Positions 39,418-48,045 of a stretch of 48,045 nt of DNA are shown piece by piece. The position numbers were made by a program, and so were the translations under genes. The notes under the pieces are model-generated. The model saw only the letters and a list, made by a program, of their open reading frames with translations, ran no database searches and was not told where the DNA came from. The DNA is from an uncultured Pseudomonadota bacterium (GTDB lineage Bacteria > Pseudomonadota > Gammaproteobacteria > Burkholderiales > SCOH01): the NCBI GenBank assembly GCA_937863215.1, contig CALMFQ010000362.1, positions 1-48,045 on the forward strand, written 5' to 3'. Each line of letters opens with the position of its first letter. The first letter of the stretch is position 1.

Positions 39418-39447
39418 TTCCCATTACGCCTGGTAGGCGTTCAGGCG

Positions 39448-39732
39448 TTACTCTTCGCTATCTACGCGTTCACGCAGTTCCTTACCGGCTTTAAAGTGAG
39501 GAACATATTTCTCTGGTACCTGCACTCTGTCGCCGGACTTGGGATTGCGCCCAACCCGCGGCGGACGGTAGTTCAGATCGAAACTACCAAAGCCACGAAT
39601 CTCAATGCGCTGGCCAGTTGCCAAGCCTTGGGCCATGGCGTCGAGGATGGCCTTAACGGCCAGCTCGGCATCCTTGACCACCAGCTGGGGATAACGGGTT
39701 GCCAGTTTCGCAATCAATTCCGACTTGGTCAT
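39448..39732 (-). CDS. ihfB: integration host factor beta subunit
   Basis: [57 protein letters not shown] is near-identical to E. coli IhfB. Confidence 0.97.
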   Translation of the reverse strand: MTKSELIAKLATRYPQLVVKDAELAVKAILDAMAQGLATGQRIEIRGFGSFDLNYRPPRVGRNPKSGDRVQVPEKYVPHFKAGKELRERVDSEE

Positions 39733-39746
39733 AGCGCCTCTGACTA

Positions 39747-41447
39747 TCAGTTCTTGTTGTCCATCTTGGCTTTCAGCAACGCGCCCAGGCTGGTGGTGCC
39801 GGCATTGCCCGCACTTTCAGACTGCACACGGCTCATGGCTTCGTTTTCTTCCGCCATATCCTTGGCCTTGATCGACAGATTGATGGTGCGGTTCTTGCGA
39901 TCGATGTTGATGATCATCGCTTCGACTTCGTCACCCTCTTTCAGTACCGAACGGATGTCTTCGACACGGTCACGCGACACTTCGGTGGTACGCAGGTAGC
40001 CTTCGACTTCTGCATCCAGAGTGATGGTCGCGCCTTTCGGATCGATTGCCTTGACGCTGCCCTTGACGATGCTGTTCTTGTCGTGGGTAGCAACAAAGTT
40101 GTTGAACGGATCGCCTTCGAGCTGCTTGATGCCCATCGAGATGCGTTCTTTTTCCACGTCGATCGACAGAACCACAGCCTCGACTTCGTCGCCTTTCTTG
40201 AAGTTGCGAATGGCTTCTTCGCCAGTCTGGCTCCACGACAGATCCGACAGGTGAACCAAGCCATCGATACCGCCCGGCAGACCGATGAAGATACCGAAGT
40301 CGGTAATCGACTTGATGGCGCCCTTGATCTTGTCGCCCTTCTTGTAGTTCTGCGAGAACTCGTCCCACGGATTGGCCATGCACTGCTTCATGCCCAGGCT
40401 GATACGACGACGGTCTTCGTCGATCTCGAGAATCATTACTTCGACTTCGTCACCCAGAGCAACAACTTTGGACGGATGAACGTTCTTGTTGGTCCAGTCC
40501 ATTTCCGAAACGTGCACCAGACCTTCGATACCCTGTTCGATTTCAACGAACGAGCCGTAGTCGGTCAGGTTGGTCACTTTACCGAACAGACGAGTGCCTT
40601 GCGGGTAGCGGCGGCTCAGACCGATCCACGGATCGTCGCCCAGCTGCTTCAGGCCCAGCGATACGCGATTTTTCTCTTGATCGAATTTGAGAATCTTGGC
40701 TTCAACTTCATCACCCACCGACAGCACTTCCGACGGGTGCTTGACACGACGCCATGCCAGGTCGGTGATGTGCAGCAGACCATCGATGCCGCCGAGGTCG
40801 ACAAATGCACCGTAGTCGGTGATGTTCTTGACCACGCCTTTGACCACGGCGCCTTCTTGCAGTTGTTCCAGCAGTGCTTTGCGCTCTTCGCCCAGAGTAG
40901 CTTCCAGAACGGCACGACGCGAAACAACCACGTTGTTGCGTTTGCGATCCAGCTTGATAACCTTGAACTCGATCTGCTTGCCTTCGTACGGGCTGGTGTC
41001 TTTCACCGGGCGTACGTCAACCAGCGAACCCGGCAGGAAGGCGCGGATACCGTTGACCATAACAGTCAGGCCACCCTTGACCTTGCCATTGATCACGCCA
41101 GACATGATTGCGCCTTTTTCCAGCGCATCTTCCAGCTCGATCCATGCAGCCAGACGCTTCGCTTTGTCGCGCGACAGCTTGGTTTCACCGTAACCGTTTT
41201 CCAGCGAGTCGATGGCTACAGTAATGAAATCGCCCGGTTTGACTTCGATTTCGCCCGCATCGTTGCGGAACTCGTCAACCGGAATCAGGCTTTCCGACTT
41301 GAGGCCGGCGTTCACCAGTACGAAGTTCGGATCAACACTGATCACTTCTGCGGTGATAACTTCGCCGGAGCGCATTTCCTGGCGCTTGAGGCTCTCCTCA
41401 AATAGAGCGGCAAAACTTTCCATGGAGGAAACAGGGGTAGTAGACAT
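39747..41447 (-). CDS. rpsA: 30S ribosomal protein S1
   Basis: ..[13 protein letters not shown].. followed by six S1 repeats. The start is taken at ATG 41447 ([12 protein letters not shown]), with 41423 also possible. No SD, as is usual for rpsA. Confidence 0.95.
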   Translation of the reverse strand: MSTTPVSSMESFAALFEESLKRQEMRSGEVITAEVISVDPNFVLVNAGLKSESLIPVDEFRNDAGEIEVKPGDFITVAIDSLENGYGETKLSRDKAKRLAAWIELEDALEKGAIMSGVINGKVKGGLTVMVNGIRAFLPGSLVDVRPVKDTSPYEGKQIEFKVIKLDRKRNNVVVSRRAVLEATLGEERKALLEQLQEGAVVKGVVKNITDYGAFVDLGGIDGLLHITDLAWRRVKHPSEVLSVGDEVEAKILKFDQEKNRVSLGLKQLGDDPWIGLSRRYPQGTRLFGKVTNLTDYGSFVEIEQGIEGLVHVSEMDWTNKNVHPSKVVALGDEVEVMILEIDEDRRRISLGMKQCMANPWDEFSQNYKKGDKIKGAIKSITDFGIFIGLPGGIDGLVHLSDLSWSQTGEEAIRNFKKGDEVEAVVLSIDVEKERISMGIKQLEGDPFNNFVATHDKNSIVKGSVKAIDPKGATITLDAEVEGYLRTTEVSRDRVEDIRSVLKEGDEVEAMIINIDRKNRTINLSIKAKDMAEENEAMSRVQSESAGNAGTTSLGALLKAKMDNKN

Positions 41448-41556
41448 TGAAAAGGACCCATTGTGCCGTGAAGGCACGGTTCGTTAATAAAGCGCCGTCC
41501 ACACTGGACAGCGGCCCGTAAAAACAACCGGCAATCAGCGCTGATGCCTGATTGCG

Positions 41557-42267
41557 TTAAACATTCGCAGTGTTCGCGTTTTGGCAAGAATAAAGCTGAA
41601 TGATCCTGGCTACAGCCTGCTCGATGGTGAGCGATGTGGTATCCACCTGATGGGCATCCGGGAAACACTTGAGCGGCGCGACCGCCCTTGAGGCATCGCG
41701 CTCGTCGCGATCGACGATATCCTGCAAAATCCTGTCGAATATATCATCCGCCGCGGAGCCCAGCAAGTCTTTCTCCTTCAATTGGTTATGTCTGCGTCGC
41801 GCCCGCTCTTCGGCACTGGCGGTAAGGAAAATTTTCAAGTCCGCATCCGGAAAAACTACCGAGCCCATGTCGCGACCGTCGGCAACCAGGCCGGGCGCCT
41901 GCCGGAATGCCCGCTGCCGCTCCAGTAGCGCCGCCCGCAGCTCCGGCAATACTGCGATTGTCGACGCAGCCTTGCCAGTTGCTTCGCTGCGCACGGCAGC
42001 ACTGACATCCACGCCGTCGAGCAGAATGCGATCATCGACAAATTCCACCGCCAGCTGCAGCGCCAGTCGCGTCAGTTCCGGCTCGTCATCCAGGGCGACG
42101 CCGGCGCGTTGCCCCGCAACCGCTACCAGCCGGTACAACGCGCCGCTGTCAAGATAGTGATAGCCCAGCTGTCGGGCAACCCGCTGCGCTACGGTACCCT
42201 TGCCCGACGCCGACGGGCCATCCACGGCAATCACGGGGATAGCATTCAGTCCTTCCAGTTCCACCAT
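41557..42267 (-). CDS. cmk: cytidylate kinase
   Basis: P-loop IAVDGPSASGKGTVAQRVA. The internal start [12 protein letters not shown] at 42267 gives about 236 aa. Confidence 0.93.
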   Translation of the reverse strand: MVELEGLNAIPVIAVDGPSASGKGTVAQRVARQLGYHYLDSGALYRLVAVAGQRAGVALDDEPELTRLALQLAVEFVDDRILLDGVDVSAAVRSEATGKAASTIAVLPELRAALLERQRAFRQAPGLVADGRDMGSVVFPDADLKIFLTASAEERARRRHNQLKEKDLLGSAADDIFDRILQDIVDRDERDASRAVAPLKCFPDAHQVDTTSLTIEQAVARIIQLYSCQNANTANV

Positions 42268-42536
42268 TTGAGCTTTTCCGGTTCGGGCTGCGCGGTTTCC
42301 GCAAAATATACCGCGCAGCGAAATACATACAGCACACAACGATCCTGCCTGCCGCGCAGGCTGCATAGGCGCATAAACATGGCCTCCGGATCGGTGCCTC
42401 GCAAACTGGCAACATCGGTAATGCCGAGCAAACGCAAATCGCCAGCAAGCGATTTACCTACGCCAGGAATATCGAGCAGATCACCAAATTCGTTCGAACG
42501 ACGCTTTGCCACGACACACCTGTCGCTGCAGTGCAC
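42246..42536 (-). CDS. helix-hairpin-helix protein (Cdd1 / 'pathogenicity locus' family-like)
   Basis: [61 protein letters not shown] fits that family. GTG start at 42536, or GTG 42512. The 3' end overlaps the cmk start by 22 nt. Confidence 0.65.
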   Translation of the reverse strand: MHCSDRCVVAKRRSNEFGDLLDIPGVGKSLAGDLRLLGITDVASLRGTDPEAMFMRLCSLRGRQDRCVLYVFRCAVYFAETAQPEPEKLKWWNWKD

Positions 42537-42592
42537 AAACCGTTATCATACCCGGTTTGATCAATTGCTTCAGCCTGAGCCCGCCTATACTT

Positions 42593-43885
42593 ATGGAATA
42601 CCTTGATCTCGCCCCCATCTCCCGCGTTGGCGGAACCGTCAAGCTGCCGGGCTCGAAAAGCATATCCAATCGCACCCTGCTCCTTGCCGCGTTGGCCGAA
42701 GGCGTAACCGAAGTCAAAGGACTGCTTGATTCTGACGACGTGCAACGCATGCTGGAAGCGCTTGAGCTTCTCGGCGTCAGCGTTGTGCGTCAGTCCGGTA
42801 CCGGAGATTTCACCGTAACCGGCTGCGGCGGCCGGGTGCCGTGCAAACAGGCAGAGCTGTTTCTGGGTAACGCCGGCACCGCATTCCGCCCGCTGACGGC
42901 AGCATTGGCGTTGAGCGGCGGCGAATACCGCCTGTCCGGCGTACCACGCATGCACGAACGCCCGATTGGCGACCTGATCGATGCGTTACGGCAAATCGGC
43001 GCAGACGTCGAGTATCTGCAAAACGAGGGCTTCCCGCCCCTGCATATCAGACCGGCGGCGATTCGCTCCGGAGGCGAGATATCGATACGCGGCAATGTCT
43101 CCAGCCAGTTTCTTACTGCCTTGCTGATGGCCATTCCGCTGACCGGCGCGGCAACGACGATCCGGGTGATCGGCGAGCTGATTTCCAAACCCTATATCGA
43201 AATCACCTTGAACCTGATGCAACGCTTCGGGGTGTCAATCCGGCGCGATGGCTGGTCGGCATTTCATATCGAAGCGGGTCAGCACTACCGCAGCCCTGGC
43301 GTCATTCATGTCGAAGGCGACGCCAGCTCGGCCTCCTACTTTCTCGCAGCCGGAGCAATCGGCGGTGGGCCGGTGCGGGTCGAAGGAGTCGGCAACAACA
43401 GCATCCAGGGCGATGTCAGGTTTGTCGAAACGCTGCAGCAAATGGGCGCCGGCATCGTCATGGGCGACAACTGGATCGAGGTTTCCGGCAATGGTCAATT
43501 GAAAGCCATAGATGTCGATTTGAATCACATTCCGGATGCGGCGATGACGATTGCTGTTGCCGCATTGTTTGCCGACGGCACCACGACAATTCGCAATGTG
43601 GCAAGCTGGCGTGTCAAGGAAACCGACCGGCTGACGGCAATGGCAACCGAATTACGCAAGGTCGGCGCCACCGTCGAGGAAGGCTCCGATTTCCTGCGCA
43701 TTACTCCACCGGCACAACTCGTGTCTGGCGCGACGATCGACACCTATGACGATCACCGGATGGCGATGTGCTTCTCGCTGGTGGCACTGGGAGGAGTCAC
43801 CGTGCGCATCAATGATCCAAAGTGCGTCGGCAAGACTTTCCCCGAATATTTTTCCGTACTGCAGGACATCAGTCACGCAGCGTGA
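42593..43885 (+). CDS. aroA: 3-phosphoshikimate 1-carboxyvinyltransferase (EPSP synthase)
   Basis: [37 protein letters not shown] and [11 protein letters not shown] motifs. The internal start at 42593 gives 430 aa. Confidence 0.96.
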   Translation: MEYLDLAPISRVGGTVKLPGSKSISNRTLLLAALAEGVTEVKGLLDSDDVQRMLEALELLGVSVVRQSGTGDFTVTGCGGRVPCKQAELFLGNAGTAFRPLTAALALSGGEYRLSGVPRMHERPIGDLIDALRQIGADVEYLQNEGFPPLHIRPAAIRSGGEISIRGNVSSQFLTALLMAIPLTGAATTIRVIGELISKPYIEITLNLMQRFGVSIRRDGWSAFHIEAGQHYRSPGVIHVEGDASSASYFLAAGAIGGGPVRVEGVGNNSIQGDVRFVETLQQMGAGIVMGDNWIEVSGNGQLKAIDVDLNHIPDAAMTIAVAALFADGTTTIRNVASWRVKETDRLTAMATELRKVGATVEEGSDFLRITPPAQLVSGATIDTYDDHRMAMCFSLVALGGVTVRINDPKCVGKTFPEYFSVLQDISHAA

Positions 43886-44014
43886 CTTTACCTTCGCCCG
43901 GGTAGCTCATGCTGCCCGGGATTACAGCCAGCCCCAATACCTTGCCACCGCTTCGAGTTTACCGACGTGTAAATGCAGGTATCAATACAAGCAAGCGATT
44001 GCTAGAATTGCCGC

Positions 44015-44587
44015 ATGAATATTCCAGAAGAAAAATCGCGCCGCGAGGCACTGATTGATGCAGCGGCACATCTGTTTCGCAGCAAAGGCTACGAACGCAC
44101 CTCCGTCAGGGATCTGGCACAGGCAGTCGGCATGCAGTCCGGCAGCCTGTTTTACCATTTCCGCAGCAAGAAAGAGATTCTTGAGGCAGTCATGGCCCAG
44201 GGCGTGGGCGAAATTACCACCAGCGCGCGTGCAGCGCTGCAGAACATCAGCGACCCGCGTCAGCGGCTGTCAACGCTATTGCAAGTACATCTGGCAGCGC
44301 TGCTTGGCAGTCGCCAGCATGCGCTTGAGGTGCTGTTGTACGAATGGGACAGCCTGGAACCCGATGCGCGCGAACGGATAGTCCGTCTCCGCGACGAATA
44401 TGAAAACATCTGGCAACAGGCACTCGACAGCGCGGCATGTGCCGGACTGATACCCGACGACACCGGCCTGCTGCGCAAAATGCTGTTCGGTAGCCTCAAT
44501 TGGACCGCCCAGTGGTTTCGCCCCTCGGGCGATCTGACGATCGAACAGTTGGCGGAACGGATGCTGAAGCTGTTTATCCGCGCATAA
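44015..44587 (+). CDS. TetR/AcrR-family transcriptional regulator
   Basis: N-terminal HTH ..FRSKGYERTSVRDLAQAVGMQSGSLFYHFRSKKEIL, 190 aa. Confidence 0.9.
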   Translation: MNIPEEKSRREALIDAAAHLFRSKGYERTSVRDLAQAVGMQSGSLFYHFRSKKEILEAVMAQGVGEITTSARAALQNISDPRQRLSTLLQVHLAALLGSRQHALEVLLYEWDSLEPDARERIVRLRDEYENIWQQALDSAACAGLIPDDTGLLRKMLFGSLNWTAQWFRPSGDLTIEQLAERMLKLFIRA

Positions 44588-44900
44588 CCCCCGCCGCAAT
44601 CGTGTGCCGCCAGGCGCGGCACAAACATCCGGAATGACAAATATCATGCGCCGCGCCATGGATATCCGGTCAGCATAACAGACTTTTCCGTCACCTCAAG
44701 CAGCAACGGCCCGGCTGTTGCTTTCTGCGCCACACCCCTGCCTTAGCCCCGGTTACACACGCGCCATTACTTGACGTGCAGTGGTCTGCAATTGACTATG
44801 ATGAAACAGAGAGCCCGTTCTGTAGCGCAGCATGGCTTCATTTGAGGCTCAGACATCAGTGGTACCGGACAACCCTGGTAGATAGTCAAAAGGTGAAACG

Positions 44901-46823
44901 ATGAACATCTTCCAAAATTACGCTGCTCGTTACGAACGCACCCGGGAAGAGGAATATTCGCTGCAGGAATATCTGGAAATCTGCAAAAGGGATCGGCTCG
45001 CCTATGCCTCTGCAGCCGAACGGATGCTGGCAGCAATCGGTGAGCCGGAGATGGTGGATACTCGCAACGATTCGAGATTGTCGCGGATATTCTCCAACAA
45101 GATTATCAAGATCTACCCGGCTTTCCGCGAATTCTATGGCACCGAAGAGGTAATCGAACAGGTGGTTGCCTACTTCCGCCACGCCGCACAAGGGCTGGAG
45201 GAACGCAAGCAGGTTCTGTATCTGCTGGGCCCGGTTGGCGGCGGCAAGTCCTCGATTGCGGAAAAACTCAAATCGCTGATGGAGCGCGTTCCGTTTTATG
45301 CCATCAAGGGCTCTCCGGTTAACGAATCCCCGCTTGGCCTGTTCAACGAAGGGGAAGACGGCCCGATCCTGGAAGCAGACTACGGAATTCCACGCCGCTA
45401 CCTGCGTACCATCATGTCGCCATGGGCAGTCAAGCGTCTGCACGAATTCAACGGTGACATCAATCAGTTCCGCGTAGTCAAGCGCTATCCGTCAATTCTG
45501 AAACAGATTGCCATTTCCAAAACGGAACCGGGCGACGAAAACAATCAGGATATTTCCTCGCTGGTCGGCAAAGTCGATATCCGTGCCTTGGAGGAGTATT
45601 CGCAGGACGATCCGGACGCCTACAGCTATTCCGGCGGCCTGTGCCTGTCGAATCAGGGGTTGATGGAATTCGTCGAAATGTTCAAGGCGCCGATCAAGGT
45701 ATTGCACCCGCTGCTGACCGCAACGCAGGAAGGCAACTACAAGGGAACGGAAGGCTTCGGCGCAATCCCGTTCGAAGGCATTGTATTGGCGCATTCGAAC
45801 GAATCGGAATGGAAACAGTTCAAGAACAACCGCAATAACGAGGCATTTCTCGACCGTATCTATATCGTCAAGGTACCGTATTGTCTGCGTGTAAGCGATG
45901 AAGTGAAGATTTACGACAAGCTGGTGCGTAACTCATCGCTGGCCGAGGCGCCTTGTGCCCCCGGCACGATGAAGATGCTGGCACAGTTCACCGTTCTGTC
46001 GCGTCTGGTAGAGCCGGAAAACTCCAGCATCTTCTCCAAGATGCAGGTCTACGATGGCGAAAACCTCAAGGATACCGATCCGAAAGCCAAGTCGATCCAG
46101 GAATACCGCGATTATGCCGGCGTCGATGAAGGCATGAATGGTTTGTCCACCCGCTGGGCATTCAAAATACTGTCCAAGGTGTTCAATTTCGACAATACCG
46201 AGGTCGCTGCCAACCCGGTACATCTGCTCTATGTGCTGGAGCAGCAGGTAGAACGCGAGCAGTTTGCTCCCGAGATGGAACAGAAATACATGGCGTATAT
46301 CAAGGAATACCTTGCCGGGCGCTATGTCGAATTCATTGGCAAGGAAATCCAGACCGCCTATCTGGAAAGCTACTCCGAGTACGGACAGAACATTTTCGAC
46401 CGTTATGTAACGTTTGCCGACTTCTGGATTCAGGATCAGGAATTCCGCGATCCGGACACCGGCGAGAGCTTTGATCGCAATTCGCTCAACAACGAGCTGG
46501 AAAAAATCGAAAAACCGGCCGGCATCAGCAATCCGAAAGATTTCCGTAACGAGATCGTCAATTTTGTGTTGCGTGCCCGGGCCAACAACGCCGGCAAGAA
46601 TCCGGCCTGGACCAGCTATGAAAAGCTGCGCGCGGTAATCGAGAAAAAAATGTTTTCCAATACCGAGGATCTGCTACCGGTTATTTCGTTCAATGCCAAA
46701 GCGTCGACCGACGATGCCAAGAAACATCAGGACTTTGTCGAACGCATGGTCGCCAAAGGATATACCGCCAAACAGGTACGGCTGCTGTGCGAGTGGTATT
46801 TGCGCGTACGCAAATCGTCGTAG
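44901..46823 (+). CDS. yeaG: PrkA/YeaG-family serine protein kinase
   Basis: MNIFQNYAARYERTREEEYSLQEYLEICKRDRLAYASAAERMLAAIGEP.. and LLGPVGGGKSS Walker A align along the full length with E. coli YeaG. Confidence 0.96.
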   Translation: MNIFQNYAARYERTREEEYSLQEYLEICKRDRLAYASAAERMLAAIGEPEMVDTRNDSRLSRIFSNKIIKIYPAFREFYGTEEVIEQVVAYFRHAAQGLEERKQVLYLLGPVGGGKSSIAEKLKSLMERVPFYAIKGSPVNESPLGLFNEGEDGPILEADYGIPRRYLRTIMSPWAVKRLHEFNGDINQFRVVKRYPSILKQIAISKTEPGDENNQDISSLVGKVDIRALEEYSQDDPDAYSYSGGLCLSNQGLMEFVEMFKAPIKVLHPLLTATQEGNYKGTEGFGAIPFEGIVLAHSNESEWKQFKNNRNNEAFLDRIYIVKVPYCLRVSDEVKIYDKLVRNSSLAEAPCAPGTMKMLAQFTVLSRLVEPENSSIFSKMQVYDGENLKDTDPKAKSIQEYRDYAGVDEGMNGLSTRWAFKILSKVFNFDNTEVAANPVHLLYVLEQQVEREQFAPEMEQKYMAYIKEYLAGRYVEFIGKEIQTAYLESYSEYGQNIFDRYVTFADFWIQDQEFRDPDTGESFDRNSLNNELEKIEKPAGISNPKDFRNEIVNFVLRARANNAGKNPAWTSYEKLRAVIEKKMFSNTEDLLPVISFNAKASTDDAKKHQDFVERMVAKGYTAKQVRLLCEWYLRVRKSS

Positions 46824-46949
46824 ATTGCACGGCCAGGCTGTTTGGCAATTTTCTCCTGCACAACGGGAGAGAGTTATCGTGGAATGTCGCGCTTATGTCG
46901 GATGCTACCGTCTGAGGCCAGACGCAGCGAACGCCGGAGGAAGTTGAAC

Positions 46950-48045
46950 TTGTCCCAGCTAATCGACCGCCGCCTGCAAGGCAAGAACAAGTCGGCAATC
47001 AACCGCGAACGCTTTCTGCGCCGCTACAAGGGCCAGATCAAGGAGGCTGTTGCCCGCGCGGTAAAGGGGCGCAGCATTACCGATATTGAAAACGGCGAAA
47101 AGGTCTCGATTCCGGTCAAGGACATCAACGAACCCACTTTCGGCCATGGCCGTGGCGGTGTATGGGAGGGAGTGCATCCGGGCAATCAGGAGTACATCAA
47201 GGGCGACCGGGTCCCCCGGCCCCAAGGTGGCGGTGGCGGCTCCGGCAAAGGCCAGGCGGGCAATTCGGAAGAGTTGGCCGAAGACGATTTCGTGTTCGAA
47301 CTGACGCGCGAAGAATTCATGAACTACTTCTTCGACGACCTCGAATTGCCGAATATGGTGAAAACCCAATTGGCATCGACCACGGATTTCAAAAGCATGC
47401 GCGCCGGCTTTACCGTCGCCGGCACGCCGAGCAATATCCACGTCCTGCGTTCACTGCGTGGAGCACTGGGGCGGCGCATTGCTATTGGCGGCGTCTCGCG
47501 CAAACGTCTGCGTGAAGCCGAAGAAACCCTGCAGCTGTTGCGCGACAATGGTGCCACCGATGATGATCCGGGCGTAATGGAGTTGCTCGACGAGATTCAT
47601 CACCTGAAAATCCGCCTGCTGGCGATTCCGTTCATCGACCCGATCGATCTGCGCTACAGCAATCGCATCAAGGTGCCGAAGCCGACCAGCCAGGCGGTGA
47701 TGTTCTGCATCATGGACGTATCCGGTTCGATGGATGAAGCCAAGAAAGATATGGCGAAGCGCTTCTTCATCCTGCTGTATCTGTTTCTGACGCGTGCCTA
47801 CGACAAAATTCAGGTAGTTTTCATACGCCATCACACATCGGCGACCGAAGTCGAGGAACAGGATTTCTTTACCTCGCGCGAATCCGGCGGCACGGTGGTA
47901 TCCAGCGCACTGAACCTGCTCCACGACATCATCTCCGAGCGCTTCAACAACAGTGACTGGAACGTGTATGTCGCACAAGCATCCGATGGTGACAACTGGG
48001 ATAGCGACTCGATCACCTGCCGCGAACTGCTGATCAACAAGATCA
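46950..48045 (+). CDS. yeaH: YeaH/DUF444 protein with vWA-like domain (3' end outside window)
   Basis: Hand translation: (L)SQLIDRRLQGKNKSAINRERFLRRYKGQIKEAV..PTFGHGRGG..VMFCIMDVSGSMDE matches E. coli YeaH from residue ~3. GGAGG, 9 nt, then TTG 46950. In-frame ATGs at 46884 and 46902 are alternatives. Open to the window end and not in the ORF track. Confidence 0.85.
   Translation, partial: MSQLIDRRLQGKNKSAINRERFLRRYKGQIKEAVARAVKGRSITDIENGEKVSIPVKDINEPTFGHGRGGVWEGVHPGNQEYIKGDRVPRPQGGGGGSGKGQAGNSEELAEDDFVFELTREEFMNYFFDDLELPNMVKTQLASTTDFKSMRAGFTVAGTPSNIHVLRSLRGALGRRIAIGGVSRKRLREAEETLQLLRDNGATDDDPGVMELLDEIHHLKIRLLAIPFIDPIDLRYSNRIKVPKPTSQAVMFCIMDVSGSMDEAKKDMAKRFFILLYLFLTRAYDKIQVVFIRHHTSATEVEEQDFFTSRESGGTVVSSALNLLHDIISERFNNSDWNVYVAQASDGDNWDSDSITCRELLINKI

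Noticed and set aside
44771-44802. Promoter-like elements upstream of prkA: TTGACG..TATGAT, and a TGG-N8-TTGA sigma54-like string. A TGGCAC at 15410-15415 upstream of the B12 radical SAM gene was also noted.
   Set aside because: The sigma70 spacer is 20 nt. The sigma54-like strings lack the -12 GC at the correct spacing. None of these can be supported from sequence alone.

Overview
This 48-kb chromosomal segment is densely packed with about 56 protein-coding genes, mostly housekeeping. The gene content and order suggest a betaproteobacterium, which is an inference: a pyrF-lapB-lapA-ihfB-rpsA-cmk run, a stand-alone hldA next to hldD, and arnA split into two genes. By eye I found no rRNA, tRNA, CRISPR array, transposase, integrase or prophage block.

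Gene blocks in order:
- A truncated Cys-rich hypothetical gene.
- A large PAS/GAF-GGDEF-EAL gene coupled to ygfZ and a DUF4936 gene.
- yjfB-like, a YkuD-fold protein, tadA, a DUF4124 gene and guaB.
- A gene-poor 0.9-kb stretch holding one orphan basic ORF.
- A PA0069-type radical SAM gene, DUF3149, rlmM and mscL.
- A barnase/barstar pair.
- PilZ, a B12-radical SAM (DUF4080-type) gene, an AI-2E transporter and rlmJ.
- tilS, accA and an orphan fliW.
- An MscS-cNMP (bCNG) channel facing a cNMP-binding protein / nfeD / qmcA operon.
- trxB and an smr gene.
- An L-Ara4N lipid A modification locus: arnT, arnE/F-like, arnB, arnC, arnA-FT, arnA-DH.
- DUF1653, an orphan solute-binding protein and an exported YbjQ-like protein.
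- hldD-hldA-pyrF-lapB-lapA-ihfB-rpsA-cmk.
- An HhH (Cdd1-like) gene, a divergent aroA, tetR, prkA/yeaG and a truncated yeaH.

Many long ORFs in the supplied track are antisense or alternate-frame shadows of these genes. Several true starts are internal or non-ATG.

I did not find a clearly novel multi-gene system. The best candidates for follow-up are:
- the cyclic-nucleotide / mechanosensitive / SPFH cluster together with the orphan fliW (21.4-25.4 kb);
- the gene-poor island with palindromes around the orphan ORF (9.9-10.8 kb);
- the arn locus, which lacks arnD.

All functional calls rest on motif recognition by eye and recalled family knowledge. No database search was run.
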